Source: Acidobacteriota bacterium
GTDB taxonomy: Bacteria > Acidobacteriota > UBA6911 > JACQSX01
Assembly (NCBI GenBank): GCA_036507075.1
Contig: DASXQR010000228.1
Coordinates: 1-64,000, forward strand
Length of the DNA: 64,000 bases
Direction of reading: 5' to 3'
The first letter of the stretch is position 1. Every line of letters starts with the position of its first letter. Below, piece after piece: positions 28,927-37,733 of the stretch. The notes under the pieces are model-generated. The model was not told the origin of the DNA. It saw only the letters and a list, made by a program, of their open reading frames with translations, and did no database searches. The translations under genes were made by a program, and so were the position numbers.

Positions 28927-29899
28927 ATTTCATCGATTCCGCGATTTCTTCCACGCTAGCGGTCGCCGTGCCCAGTTTGGCTACTACAATCCCGGCCGCG
29001 TGATTTGCAATGTCGGCCGCCTGCCAAAAGTCTGCTCCACTGGATAATGCAAGTGACAATGATGCGATTACGGTGTCGCCTGCACCGGTAACATCGAACA
29101 CCTCGCGTGCCGCCGTGGGAATCTGACGTGCTTCTTTTCCGCGCTCAAAAAGTGCCATGCCGGCTCTTCCTCGAGTGACCAAAACCGCTTGCGCCCTCGT
29201 TATCTCCAGCAGCCGGGTCCCGGCCAGTCGCAGAGACTGTTCATCATGTATGTCAATCTGTGCCGCGACTTCCGCTTCGCCCTGGTTGGGAGTGATCACG
29301 GTGGCGTCCTGGTAAAAAGAGAAGTTCTTGATCTTGGGATCCACCACCAGCGTTTTCTGATGACGCCTGCATGCGGCGCTGGCAAGTCTGAAGATGTCGG
29401 CACTGATAAAGCCCTTGGCGTAATCGGAAACCACCACCGCGTCGCAGCCGGAAATCCGCTCTTCCAGAAATGCCGCAACCGCGCGCTGTTCCTGCGCCGC
29501 CAGGGGTGATTTATCTTCATGATCTGCCCGGCAGACCTGCTGCGCGCCGGCAATGATGCGGGTCTTCTTTGTTGTTTTTCGATTTCGCGAGCAAACCACA
29601 CCTGCCGTTTCTATCTGGAGCCGGCCCAGTTCCTCAATCATATGGTCGCCCTCATCATCGGAGCCGATCACTCCGGCGATCAGACACATCCCGCCCAGAG
29701 CTCGGATATTGCGGGCAACATTGGCGGCTCCTCCCAGGCGATAGACCTCTTCGCGAACTTCCACCACGGGAACCGGGGCCTCGGGAGAAATGCGACATAC
29801 TTCGCCAAAAAGAAAAACGTCCAGCATCACGTCGCCGACGACCAGGATTTTTTTACCGGCAAATTCCAGCGCCAGTTTTAGAAACCAGTCCTTCTGCAT
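28925..29899 (-). CDS. rfaE1: D-glycero-D-manno-heptose-7-phosphate kinase (HldE kinase domain only)
   Basis: VVGDVMLD, RISPEAPVPV, GGAANVA, SDYAKG, TPN..EA, DVTGAGDTV. Confidence 0.93.
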   Translation of the reverse strand: MQKDWFLKLALEFAGKKILVVGDVMLDVFLFGEVCRISPEAPVPVVEVREEVYRLGGAANVARNIRALGGMCLIAGVIGSDDEGDHMIEELGRLQIETAGVVCSRNRKTTKKTRIIAGAQQVCRADHEDKSPLAAQEQRAVAAFLEERISGCDAVVVSDYAKGFISADIFRLASAACRRHQKTLVVDPKIKNFSFYQDATVITPNQGEAEVAAQIDIHDEQSLRLAGTRLLEITRAQAVLVTRGRAGMALFERGKEARQIPTAAREVFDVTGAGDTVIASLSLALSSGADFWQAADIANHAAGIVVAKLGTATASVEEIAESMK

Positions 29900-29925
29900 A
29901 ACCAAGAATTCCACCACAAACCGCC

Positions 29926-30013
29926 GAAAGGCGGAAGGCGGAAAGCAGAAGGCAGGAGGCAGGAGGCAGAAGGCAGAAGTCAGGAGGCAGGAGGTAGAAG
30001 GCAGGAAGCAAGG
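29926..30013. repeat. single-arm heptamer array (GGCAGRA)n
   Basis: About 12 degenerate units; related array at 53128-53174. Confidence 0.85.
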
Positions 30014-30050
30014 AGAGGGGGAGGGTCCTCTCACGCCAGCCGAACTGGCC

Positions 30051-31214
30051 TCAGGCAAACGGTCTCATTCGTTCCACGGCATGCAGCACGTGCTCGACTG
30101 AGATGCTTTCAATACATTTGGGTGAGTCAAATTCATAACATCGGTACCCCGGGCAGGGTATGCACGGCAGATCGGCCCGTAGTAACTGGTAATCAACGCC
30201 CCAGGGGTGCCATGCCCGATAATCCGACGATCCCCAAATCACCACAATCTTCCTTTTCAGCGCCGCTGCCACATGCGTCGGGCCGCTGTCATTTCCAATG
30301 AAAAGCCCGCACTGCGATATCCAGCCGATCAGCTCCGGCAATTCCAGATTTTCCAGACCGATCACCGAATCCCCTGCCATTTCTTTCAGGCGCCGCATTT
30401 TCCCGGTCTCAGCAGGACCGGCGGTGGCGATTACCGGCCGGCCATACCTTTCGCGCAGGCGCCCGGCCAACTGCGAGTAGCGTGAAAGCTCCCATTCTTT
30501 GGTGAAGAGAGTGGCAAAGGGATGCATCAGCAGAAATTGTTCCGGCGACAACCCCAGGTCCCGGATCCTGGAGCGGATCTTGTCCAGGACTGCGCCATCG
30601 GGATGCAACTCCAGTTCGATCTTTTCCGGCACAGGAATTCCCAGGTGCATCAGCGGAGAAAGCTGATGTTCGACAGTATGGATCGGCGCCTCCCAGAACG
30701 CTTCGGATGGCGGGACGCGCACGTTGAACTTTCGGGCGTAACGGGCCGATGCGTAGGCAACCCGAACGGCGGCGCCGGAGGCAAGCGCAAACAAACCGGC
30801 CGTTGTTCCGGAATGCATGTTGAACACCAGATCGAACTTCCTTCTGCGGATCGCAGCCATTCGTCGAATCCTGCGTAGTATGTTCTCGCAGCGCGGAATT
30901 GCGAGCACCTCATCCACGCAGGGGTTTCCCTTGAATACTCCGGCAAATGGCTCCTCTATCAAAACCGAAACTTTCGCTCCGGGGCGCCATTGCTTCACGA
31001 TCCGGGGAATGGGCGTCATCAGGACCGAATCTCCCAGCGAGCGGAGTCGCACCAGCAGAATATTGCCGGATTGCCCTATTTGCTGTTCGATTCGCGAGTC
31101 TGAAATCCGACCGGTTGCACCCGCAGAGCCGCGGCCGGAAGGAAGCGGCGCGCCAATGTAAGTCGCGCCGGCAATGCGTACTTCTGTGAGGGACTTAAGA
31201 TTCAGGCTTTTCAA
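30051..31214 (-). CDS. glycosyltransferase family 9 (LPS heptosyltransferase-like)
   Basis: ILLVRLRSLGD, HPFA...KEW, IGNDSGPTHVAAA, C.PC; start uncertain (TTG 31214). Confidence 0.9.
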   Translation of the reverse strand: MKSLNLKSLTEVRIAGATYIGAPLPSGRGSAGATGRISDSRIEQQIGQSGNILLVRLRSLGDSVLMTPIPRIVKQWRPGAKVSVLIEEPFAGVFKGNPCVDEVLAIPRCENILRRIRRMAAIRRRKFDLVFNMHSGTTAGLFALASGAAVRVAYASARYARKFNVRVPPSEAFWEAPIHTVEHQLSPLMHLGIPVPEKIELELHPDGAVLDKIRSRIRDLGLSPEQFLLMHPFATLFTKEWELSRYSQLAGRLRERYGRPVIATAGPAETGKMRRLKEMAGDSVIGLENLELPELIGWISQCGLFIGNDSGPTHVAAALKRKIVVIWGSSDYRAWHPWGVDYQLLRADLPCIPCPGYRCYEFDSPKCIESISVEHVLHAVERMRPFA

Positions 31215-31374
31215 TGCGCGCTTCGTCGATCAGCATCACCGGGATGTCGTCCCGAATAGGATATACGCGGTAGCATTTCACGCACTTCAACCCCTGGCCG
31301 TCCGGGGTGAGCTTGACCTCTTCTTTACACGCAGGACAGGCCAGAATATCAAGCAATTCCTGACTGATCGCCAT
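31195..31374 (-). CDS. Trm112/YcaR family protein (missing from ORF track, 59 aa)
   Basis: MAISQELLDILACPACK...LKCVKCYRVYPIRDDIPVMLIDEA. Confidence 0.92.
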   Translation of the reverse strand: MAISQELLDILACPACKEEVKLTPDGQGLKCVKCYRVYPIRDDIPVMLIDEARIEKPES

Positions 31375-31384
31375 CGATGTTCTC

Positions 31385-31966
31385 CTATGATTTCAAGGTA
31401 AACTTCCGCTCTTCTCCCCTTAGAATCCGGCGAATGTTCGTCCAGTGCTTGGCGATAATCAACATCGAACCGAAGACGCAGATCCAAACAACGTTACGAC
31501 TATAGCCGAATAGAAGCACAAAAACCGGAAACGACGCCGCTGCCGCAATCGATCCCAGTGAAACGTAACGGCTGGCGGAAACAACTATCACAAAGAGGAC
31601 AAACACTGCGATCACGGCGTAAGGGGCCAGCAGCACGAATGCGCCGCATGCGGTGGCTACTCCCTTTCCGCCTCGAAACCGCAAAAACACCGGAAATACG
31701 TGGCCCAGAATCGCCGCTACCGCCGCAATCACCGCAACCTGCGGGTTGGACAACTGCTGCGCAAGCCACACGGCCAGCGCGCCTTTGCCGGCGTCCAGCA
31801 GCAGCGTCAGACTACCGGCCAGTTTGCTGGCGCGCATTGCGTTGGTTGCCCCGATATTCCCGCTCCCGCTGCGTCGAATGTCGTTGCCGGTAAAGATCCG
31901 CACCAGAATATATCCAAACGGAATAGCTCCCAGCAGGTAAGCCGCCACGATTACAGTGATGTTCAT
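31385..31966 (-). CDS. plsY: glycerol-3-phosphate acyltransferase
   Basis: YLLGAIPFG, GSGNIGATN, DAGKG, GHVFPVF..FRGGKGVAT, H..NI.R. Confidence 0.95.
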   Translation of the reverse strand: MNITVIVAAYLLGAIPFGYILVRIFTGNDIRRSGSGNIGATNAMRASKLAGSLTLLLDAGKGALAVWLAQQLSNPQVAVIAAVAAILGHVFPVFLRFRGGKGVATACGAFVLLAPYAVIAVFVLFVIVVSASRYVSLGSIAAAASFPVFVLLFGYSRNVVWICVFGSMLIIAKHWTNIRRILRGEERKFTLKS

Positions 31967-32514
31967 TTGAGCGGGAAGGAAGCCAGCTTTACGTAGTGGG
32001 CGCCGGTTCCTTTCGGTAAGCTCTGGTAAAGATGGAACTCGCTTGCCTGAACATGGCCGGCGTCGAATCTTTCCCGGTGGATTTTAATATAGCCAATCAG
32101 AGGGTCCAATCCTTTTCTCTCCTTTGACCGCGCCAGTGTGAGGTGAGGATGGAATGGGCGATCCTCGCGAATGTTCATCCACACAAGCGCTTCTTCGACA
32201 GAAGCTTGCAGAGGATCGAGAACCTTCTGCGGTCCGATACCGGCCCAGAATACTCTGGGCTGTTTGAGATTGGGGAACGCACCCAGGCAGGAAACTCTGA
32301 AAGTCGCGCGCGCGGCGCTGACGGCGGCCAGGCTTTCCCGCACTCTTCCCAGGATGTCCTCGGAAATGTGGCCAAGGAATTTCAGGGTAACGTGAATGCC
32401 GGCCGGATTGGTGCAGCGAACCGGGGCATTCAATGCCTGCCATTCTTCCTGCAGCCCGCGAATCTTTTCGCGTACTGAAGAGTCAATGTCCACCGCCACA
32501 AAGCATCGAATCAT
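31963..32514 (-). CDS. thpR: RNA 2',3'-cyclic phosphodiesterase (2H family)
   Basis: R.FVAV plus two HxT motifs (HVTLKFLG, HPHLTLAR). Confidence 0.93.
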   Translation of the reverse strand: MIRCFVAVDIDSSVREKIRGLQEEWQALNAPVRCTNPAGIHVTLKFLGHISEDILGRVRESLAAVSAARATFRVSCLGAFPNLKQPRVFWAGIGPQKVLDPLQASVEEALVWMNIREDRPFHPHLTLARSKERKGLDPLIGYIKIHRERFDAGHVQASEFHLYQSLPKGTGAHYVKLASFPLK

Positions 32515-32523
32515 CCGAATATC

Positions 32524-32587
32524 CTTTGTGTTCTTTGTGTCTTTGTGGTCGAAAAGCAGTCACCACAAAGGCACAAAGAACACTAAG
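32524..32587. repeat. tail-to-tail ACAAAG-unit hairpin containing the cinA stop
   Basis: CTTTGTGTTCTTTGTGTCTTTGTGGT...ACCACAAAGGCACAAAGAACACTAAG. Confidence 0.85.
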
Positions 32588-33830
32588 ATCTGTTTCGCTG
32601 CAGTTCTTTGCGCAGCAGGTTCAATGCGGTGCGCACACTCAAAAGCCGCACCAGTGAACGCTCACCCCCTAATTGATATCGATGCGCCGTCGTCTTTGTC
32701 GCATCGCTCAATCCTATGAAAACCGTTCCCACCGGTTTTTCCTCGGTGCCGCCGTCGGGCCCCGCGATTCCGGTGATGGAGAGCGCGAAATCAGAACCGG
32801 TGCGCCTTCGAATTCCCTGCGCCATGGCTTCAGCAGCCGCTCCGCTGACTGCCCCATGCTGTGCCAGGATTTCCGGCGAGACATCCAGCAACTGCTCCTT
32901 GAGCGCGTTACTGTAGGCGAGTACTCCCCCCAGAAAATAAGCCGAACTCCCGGGCGTGCGGGTGATGGTTTCGCCCAGCATGCCGCCGGTGCAGGATTCG
33001 GCCACCGACAAGGTTACGCGGCGGGCCGCCAGCATGCGGCCAACCGCGTCTTCCAGATTGATTTCTTCGGTTGCGAAGACGTTATCGCCCAGCGCGGCCG
33101 CCACCTTTGCCGTAAGCTCTTGAAGTTCGTTTCCATCGTGATCGGCCAGAAAGTAAATCTCGATATCTCCAGGCGACGCCAGGATCGTGCAGCGTATTGT
33201 GGGGTAACGCCGATAGATGGGAGAGATCAACGAATCCGCTTGAGACTCCGGAAGTCCGGCAACCCGAAAGTACCGGCGCGCTCCGGGCCTCAGCCCGAGA
33301 TCCTGCAGCAGTGAAATCAGATGCCTTTCAACGATGGGACGCAATTCCCGGGGCGGACCGGGGAGGAGAAAAATATGACGTCCCTCAAACACCAGATACT
33401 GGCCGGGAGCGGTCCCGTAATTGTTTTCCAAAGCTCTGGCTGTCTCCAAAACGTAGCCCTGGCGGCGGTTGATTTCGGGCATTTTCCGCCCCAGGCGCTG
33501 GAAGCGAGCTTCGATCTCGTCCACTATTTTTGGATGATAGACCAATTCCAAGCCGAGCGCTTCCGATGCCGCTTCCCTTGTGAGGTCGTCTTCGGTCGGG
33601 CCAAGCCCGCCGGTTAGAAAAATGAAGTCCGAGCGCGTGAGCGCGATCGCCAGCGCCTTGCGGATGGTCGCGACGTCGTCGCCTACAATCGTTTTTGCAA
33701 CCAGTGGCACGCCGAAGCGATCGAGATGGGCGGCGATGAAAGATGAGTTTGTGTCGACACGCCCTGCAAAAAGCATTTCAGAGCCGATTGCAATCACTTC
33801 CGCTACCAGCGGCGCCGGCGGCCTGGCCAT
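32583..33830 (-). CDS. cinA: competence/damage-inducible protein A (MoCF-like + NMN deamidase)
   Basis: IAIGSE, DTNS, GGLGPTEDDLT, LPGPPRE, AESCTGG, HGAVS, ITGIAGP.GG. Confidence 0.95.
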   Translation of the reverse strand: MARPPAPLVAEVIAIGSEMLFAGRVDTNSSFIAAHLDRFGVPLVAKTIVGDDVATIRKALAIALTRSDFIFLTGGLGPTEDDLTREAASEALGLELVYHPKIVDEIEARFQRLGRKMPEINRRQGYVLETARALENNYGTAPGQYLVFEGRHIFLLPGPPRELRPIVERHLISLLQDLGLRPGARRYFRVAGLPESQADSLISPIYRRYPTIRCTILASPGDIEIYFLADHDGNELQELTAKVAAALGDNVFATEEINLEDAVGRMLAARRVTLSVAESCTGGMLGETITRTPGSSAYFLGGVLAYSNALKEQLLDVSPEILAQHGAVSGAAAEAMAQGIRRRTGSDFALSITGIAGPDGGTEEKPVGTVFIGLSDATKTTAHRYQLGGERSLVRLLSVRTALNLLRKELQRNRS

Positions 33831-33863
33831 AACAGGTTTAGAATAGTGGAAATCGAGGCACAA

Positions 33864-34096
33864 AAGAACTGGCCGCTGATTTACACGAATTGATACGGAT
33901 AGAAATAGGCCGCCGATTTACACGAATTAACACGGAAGAATAGCGGGGCCGAGGGATGGGCCACGATGCTCAGCGTAACGGACACACAGTGGTAGCAGAG
34001 CCCATCCCTCGGCCCCGATATTAATCAGCGTAATTTGCGTAAATCGGCGGCCTATTTCTATCCGTATCAATTCGCGTAAATCAGCGGCTAGTTCTT
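33864..34096. repeat. 233-bp near-perfect hairpin (GCCGCYGATTTAC arms)
   Basis: Outer 66-bp arms differ by about 4 transitions; inner 18-bp stem; half copy at ~51620-51655. Confidence 0.9.
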
Positions 34097-34193
34097 CCCC
34101 TAAACTCTCACCATTGACACTGTTCAAAACGGACTATAAGCTTTGCAATCACAAGAACCAAAAACCGTAAGAAACCTTACCTGGAGAAGAAAT

Positions 34194-35096
34194 ATGCGCA
34201 AATCTGTCGTCAATCTTGCAGTGCTGGCCCTGATGTTTGGAATTGGCGCGTTGGCACTTCATTCGCAGGAAGCGGAGGTGGGCCCATTGACCATTTGGGT
34301 CGAAAAGCAGTACTCGTCATGGGACAATCCTCTGCAAAGCGAGTTCAGCATCAATGGCAAGATGGTGAACATTTATTCTGCCAGTACTTTCGAGACCGTC
34401 CAGGAGCACTTCAAGCCTGGCTGGAACACGGTTACCGTGAAGACCACCCCGCAGGAGCCCGCTTCAAAGAGCAACGGATTGATTTTCAGACTAGGACCGG
34501 CCACAAAGCAGGATCGCGGCGCCAAAATGACGATGGACCCGGTATTGTGGAAATTCGTCAACAATACAGACTGGAAATTTGCCAATAGCGCCTATTCCCA
34601 TCCCTTGGGTCCCAATGTCAAGGAAGTGACGCTTACCTACAACCTCTACTACGCCGGCATGGCCTATGAGAATCAGCAGCTGAAAGCTGGGGATTTCGTG
34701 CTTGCCGCCAAGCCTACGTACGCCAGTTGGAACAGCCCGGTGACGGCGACCCTCTACGTAAATGGGACGCCTCTGAACTCTTTCACGCTGGCAGAACGCC
34801 AACTCGTCATCACGCCGCTGCTGAAACAGGGAAAGAACGAAATCAAACTCATTTCCCACCGCGTCAAGAACAGCATCGCGGACAATGACGTGGAGTTTCG
34901 CATTCTGGGACCCGCGGAATGGAACGTTTCGCAAGGAAGGTTTGTGCTCACTCCCGTGATTCAGTTCAAAGCCAAACAGGGCTGGACACTCGATTCCAAG
35001 AGCGGCATGCTGATCAACCCGCTCAAGCCGGACTCAGAAACGATTGAACGCGTCATTCCATTCGTCCTGAAAGAAGCGCCCAAAGCGGGAAGCTAG
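34194..35096 (+). CDS. secreted hypothetical protein with two internal beta-rich repeats
   Basis: GGAG RBS, signal peptide; SWDNP..FSING..KPGWNTV vs SWNSP..LYVNG..KQGKNEI. Confidence 0.82.
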   Translation: MRKSVVNLAVLALMFGIGALALHSQEAEVGPLTIWVEKQYSSWDNPLQSEFSINGKMVNIYSASTFETVQEHFKPGWNTVTVKTTPQEPASKSNGLIFRLGPATKQDRGAKMTMDPVLWKFVNNTDWKFANSAYSHPLGPNVKEVTLTYNLYYAGMAYENQQLKAGDFVLAAKPTYASWNSPVTATLYVNGTPLNSFTLAERQLVITPLLKQGKNEIKLISHRVKNSIADNDVEFRILGPAEWNVSQGRFVLTPVIQFKAKQGWTLDSKSGMLINPLKPDSETIERVIPFVLKEAPKAGS

Positions 35097-35100
35097 CATT

Positions 35101-35177
35101 TCTTGTGTCCTTTGTGTCTTTGTGGTCAAAAAGAAATGAACCACCAAGGCTTAGCGCGGCGAAGCCGCAACCAAAAG
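35101..35177. repeat. tail-to-tail ACAAAG/ACCAAG arms plus GCCGCAACCAAA stem-loop module
   Basis: Visible; module shared with 57594 and 62676. Confidence 0.75.
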
Positions 35178-35298
35178 TCAAGGAGGTGTCCTGCCAAGCT
35201 GAGACGGCCCTCAGGCCGTCTCTCGGCTCCCGAATAATTTGCGCAGGCCGCGAAAATTCTCATGGTTAGTAGTACAGAGGCCACAAAGCCTCACTGCA

Positions 35299-35742
35299 CT
35301 AACCGATCCACAAGAGCAGAATTCGATAAGTGGCTGCCGCGTACGCAGCAGCGACCAAATCATCTGCCATCACGCCCCATCCTCCGGGAAGCCGCTCGGC
35401 GCGATTGGCGGGGAATATTTTGGCGATGTCGAAGAATCGAAACAGCAGAAAACTGGCAAGAATATGCCAGGGGCGTGCCGGCGCCAGAGCCGTGACCAGG
35501 AACTGGGCGGCGACTTCGTCAATAACCGCTTCAGACGGATCTTCCTTTTGAAGCCGCCGGCAAATCCAGTTGGACGAGATCACGCCGAGAGCCACCAGGA
35601 TAAATCCTTCCAATACGTAGGCCGCGATGAAACCGCCCGCGGAAAGTCTTTGAACCGGATAGGCGAGCGCCAATCCGAGAAGAGATCCCAATGTGCCGGG
35701 CGCAATCGGCGAAAGTCCCAGGCCCATGCCCGTAGCCAGCAA
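35299..35742 (-). CDS. pgpA: phosphatidylglycerophosphatase A
   Basis: APGTLGS, DPSEAVIDEVA, FRFFDIAK, GGWGVMADDLVA; start uncertain. Confidence 0.93.
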   Translation of the reverse strand: MLATGMGLGLSPIAPGTLGSLLGLALAYPVQRLSAGGFIAAYVLEGFILVALGVISSNWICRRLQKEDPSEAVIDEVAAQFLVTALAPARPWHILASFLLFRFFDIAKIFPANRAERLPGGWGVMADDLVAAAYAAATYRILLLWIG

Positions 35743-35752
35743 GAACCAGGCG

Positions 35753-35944
35753 TTACTTCTGGTCGTCCGGCTTTCTTTTCTGCTCGGGTTGATCGTTTCC
35801 TGGCTGATGCTCGCCGTCCTTTCCGGGCACTACATAATCACCAGACAACCATTTGTCCAGATCAACCAGTTTGCATCGCTCGCTGCAGAAGGGAAAGTAA
35901 GGATCTTCTCTTGAAACTTGTTTTCGGCAGTTCGGGCAGCGCAT
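35753..35944 (-). CDS. yacG: DNA gyrase inhibitor YacG
   Basis: CPNC...[13 protein letters not shown]. Confidence 0.92.
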   Translation of the reverse strand: MRCPNCRKQVSREDPYFPFCSERCKLVDLDKWLSGDYVVPGKDGEHQPGNDQPEQKRKPDDQK

Positions 35945-35947
35945 AGC

Positions 35948-36165
35948 CGAGTTCACGGGTTACGGGTTGACGGGTTGACCGGTTACGGGTTCACGGGTTG
36001 CGGGTTTGCGGGTTACGGGTTTGCGAGTTGAACTCGCTTGGTGCCTTGGTGGTTGATCAGTTTTTTTACCACCAAGGCACCAAGCCAGTTCAACTCACCA
36101 ACCCGCAAACCCGTAACCCGTCAACCGGCAACTCGCCAACCCGCCAACACGTAACTCGCCAACCG
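35948..36165. repeat. nested palindrome: (ACGGGTT)n/(AACCCGY)n arms around an ACCAAG-unit hairpin
   Basis: Inner stem 36036-36053/36068-36085; fills the rimO-yacG gap. Confidence 0.9.
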
Positions 36166-36169
36166 CGAT

Positions 36170-37495
36170 CTAAAGAATTCTACCGACAAGATCATACGGA
36201 TGCGCTTCAGTGATTTCGACGCTAACGAAATCGCCGCGCCGCAACGTTCCCTCCGGGGCATCGTTGATCAGTACGGTTCCATCGATATCCGGCGCCTGCC
36301 CTTCCGTGCGACCCTGCCATAACATGTCGGTCTCAACGCTCGGACCGTCCAGCACGACCCGGACGGTCCGGCCGACCCAGCTCTGGTTCTTCTGCAACGA
36401 AATGCTGCGCTGCAGACGCATCAGCGTGTCCCGGCGCTCCCGCGCAGCGACACGGGGGACCTTTTCACCCAACCTGAAGGCGCTGCTGCTTTCTTCGTCG
36501 GAATACAAAAACACACCCAACCGGTCTAGCCGGGCTTCCCTTACAAACTGCTCCAGTTGTGCAAAGTCTTCATCAGTTTCGCCGGGAAATCCGACAATCA
36601 TGGTGCTGCGCAATGTTGCTTCGGGCATGTGACGACGAATTTTCTCTACAATTCGCATCAGGAATGCCGCGTCGCCGCCGCGCTTCATCAATTGCAGAAC
36701 CTTTCCACTGGCGTGCTGGAAGGGAATATCAAAGTATTTGCAGACCTTTCCCAGCCCTGCCACTGTCTCGAGCAATTCCTCGGTTGTACTGTGCGGATAG
36801 CAGTAAAGGAAGCGAATCCATTCAATCCCGTCCACCTGGTTCAGCTCCCGAAGCAATGCCGCCAGCGTGGTACGCGGCTCCAGGTCCCGCCCGTACATGG
36901 TTGTGTCCTGGCCGATCAGATTCAATTCTTTCACGCCCTGTGCGCCAAGCTGGAGCGCTTCGCGCATCACCGATTCGGACCCGCGGCTGCGAAACTTCCC
37001 TCGCAATTGCGGAATGATGCAGAAGCTGCAGGGATGATTGCAGCCTTCGGCCACCTTTATATAAGCGTAATGTTTCAGGGTAGCCCGAACACGGGGCGTC
37101 GTATCGTCATACAGGAACGACGCCTGGGGAACAAAAGGAGCGTAGGCAGGCTGACTGCAGGCGTCGACGATCTGTAAAATCTGGTTGGTGCCTATGACGG
37201 CATCCACTTCAGGAATCTCGCGACGGATCTCGTCCCGGAATTTCTCAACCAGGCAGCCCGCTACGATCAGCTTCTTGCATTTGCCTTCCTCTTTCCACCG
37301 GCCGGCTTCAAGAATGGCGTCGATTGATTCCTTCTGCGCGGCATCGATGAAGGCGCAGGTGTTGACAACCAGGACGTCGGCCTCCCATTCCTGATCAGTG
37401 ATTTCAAATCCGTTCTGTCCCAGCAGCCCCAGCATCACCTCGCTGTCGACGAGATTCTTCGGGCATCCCAGGCTGATGAATCCGACTTTAGGCAT
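36170..37495 (-). CDS. rimO: ribosomal protein S12 methylthiotransferase
   Basis: SLGCPKNLVDSE, NTCAFI, radical SAM C...CSFCIIP, QAPDIDG, TRAM domain. Confidence 0.96.
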   Translation of the reverse strand: MPKVGFISLGCPKNLVDSEVMLGLLGQNGFEITDQEWEADVLVVNTCAFIDAAQKESIDAILEAGRWKEEGKCKKLIVAGCLVEKFRDEIRREIPEVDAVIGTNQILQIVDACSQPAYAPFVPQASFLYDDTTPRVRATLKHYAYIKVAEGCNHPCSFCIIPQLRGKFRSRGSESVMREALQLGAQGVKELNLIGQDTTMYGRDLEPRTTLAALLRELNQVDGIEWIRFLYCYPHSTTEELLETVAGLGKVCKYFDIPFQHASGKVLQLMKRGGDAAFLMRIVEKIRRHMPEATLRSTMIVGFPGETDEDFAQLEQFVREARLDRLGVFLYSDEESSSAFRLGEKVPRVAARERRDTLMRLQRSISLQKNQSWVGRTVRVVLDGPSVETDMLWQGRTEGQAPDIDGTVLINDAPEGTLRRGDFVSVEITEAHPYDLVGRIL

Positions 37496-37500
37496 ATTCT

Positions 37501-37732
37501 AAATGCGAAATGCGGAATGCGAAATGCGGAATAATAACCTTCCAGCAGGTCCGTTGTCCATTGTCCGTTGTCCGTTGTGATCGTACTCGTTCACGTTGTC
37601 GTGCTCGTGAACGTCGTCGTTAATGTGAATGGGCTGACAATCAACCGCCATCAACTGACAACGGACAACTGACAACGGACAGCCCTTCATGCCACATTCC
37701 GCATTCCCCATTCCGCATTCCGAAATCCGCAT
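37501..37732. repeat. triple-nested palindrome: GGAATGC arms > TTGTCCG arms > hexamer array
   Basis: Three repeat families arranged concentrically. Confidence 0.9.
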
Positions 37733-37733
37733 A

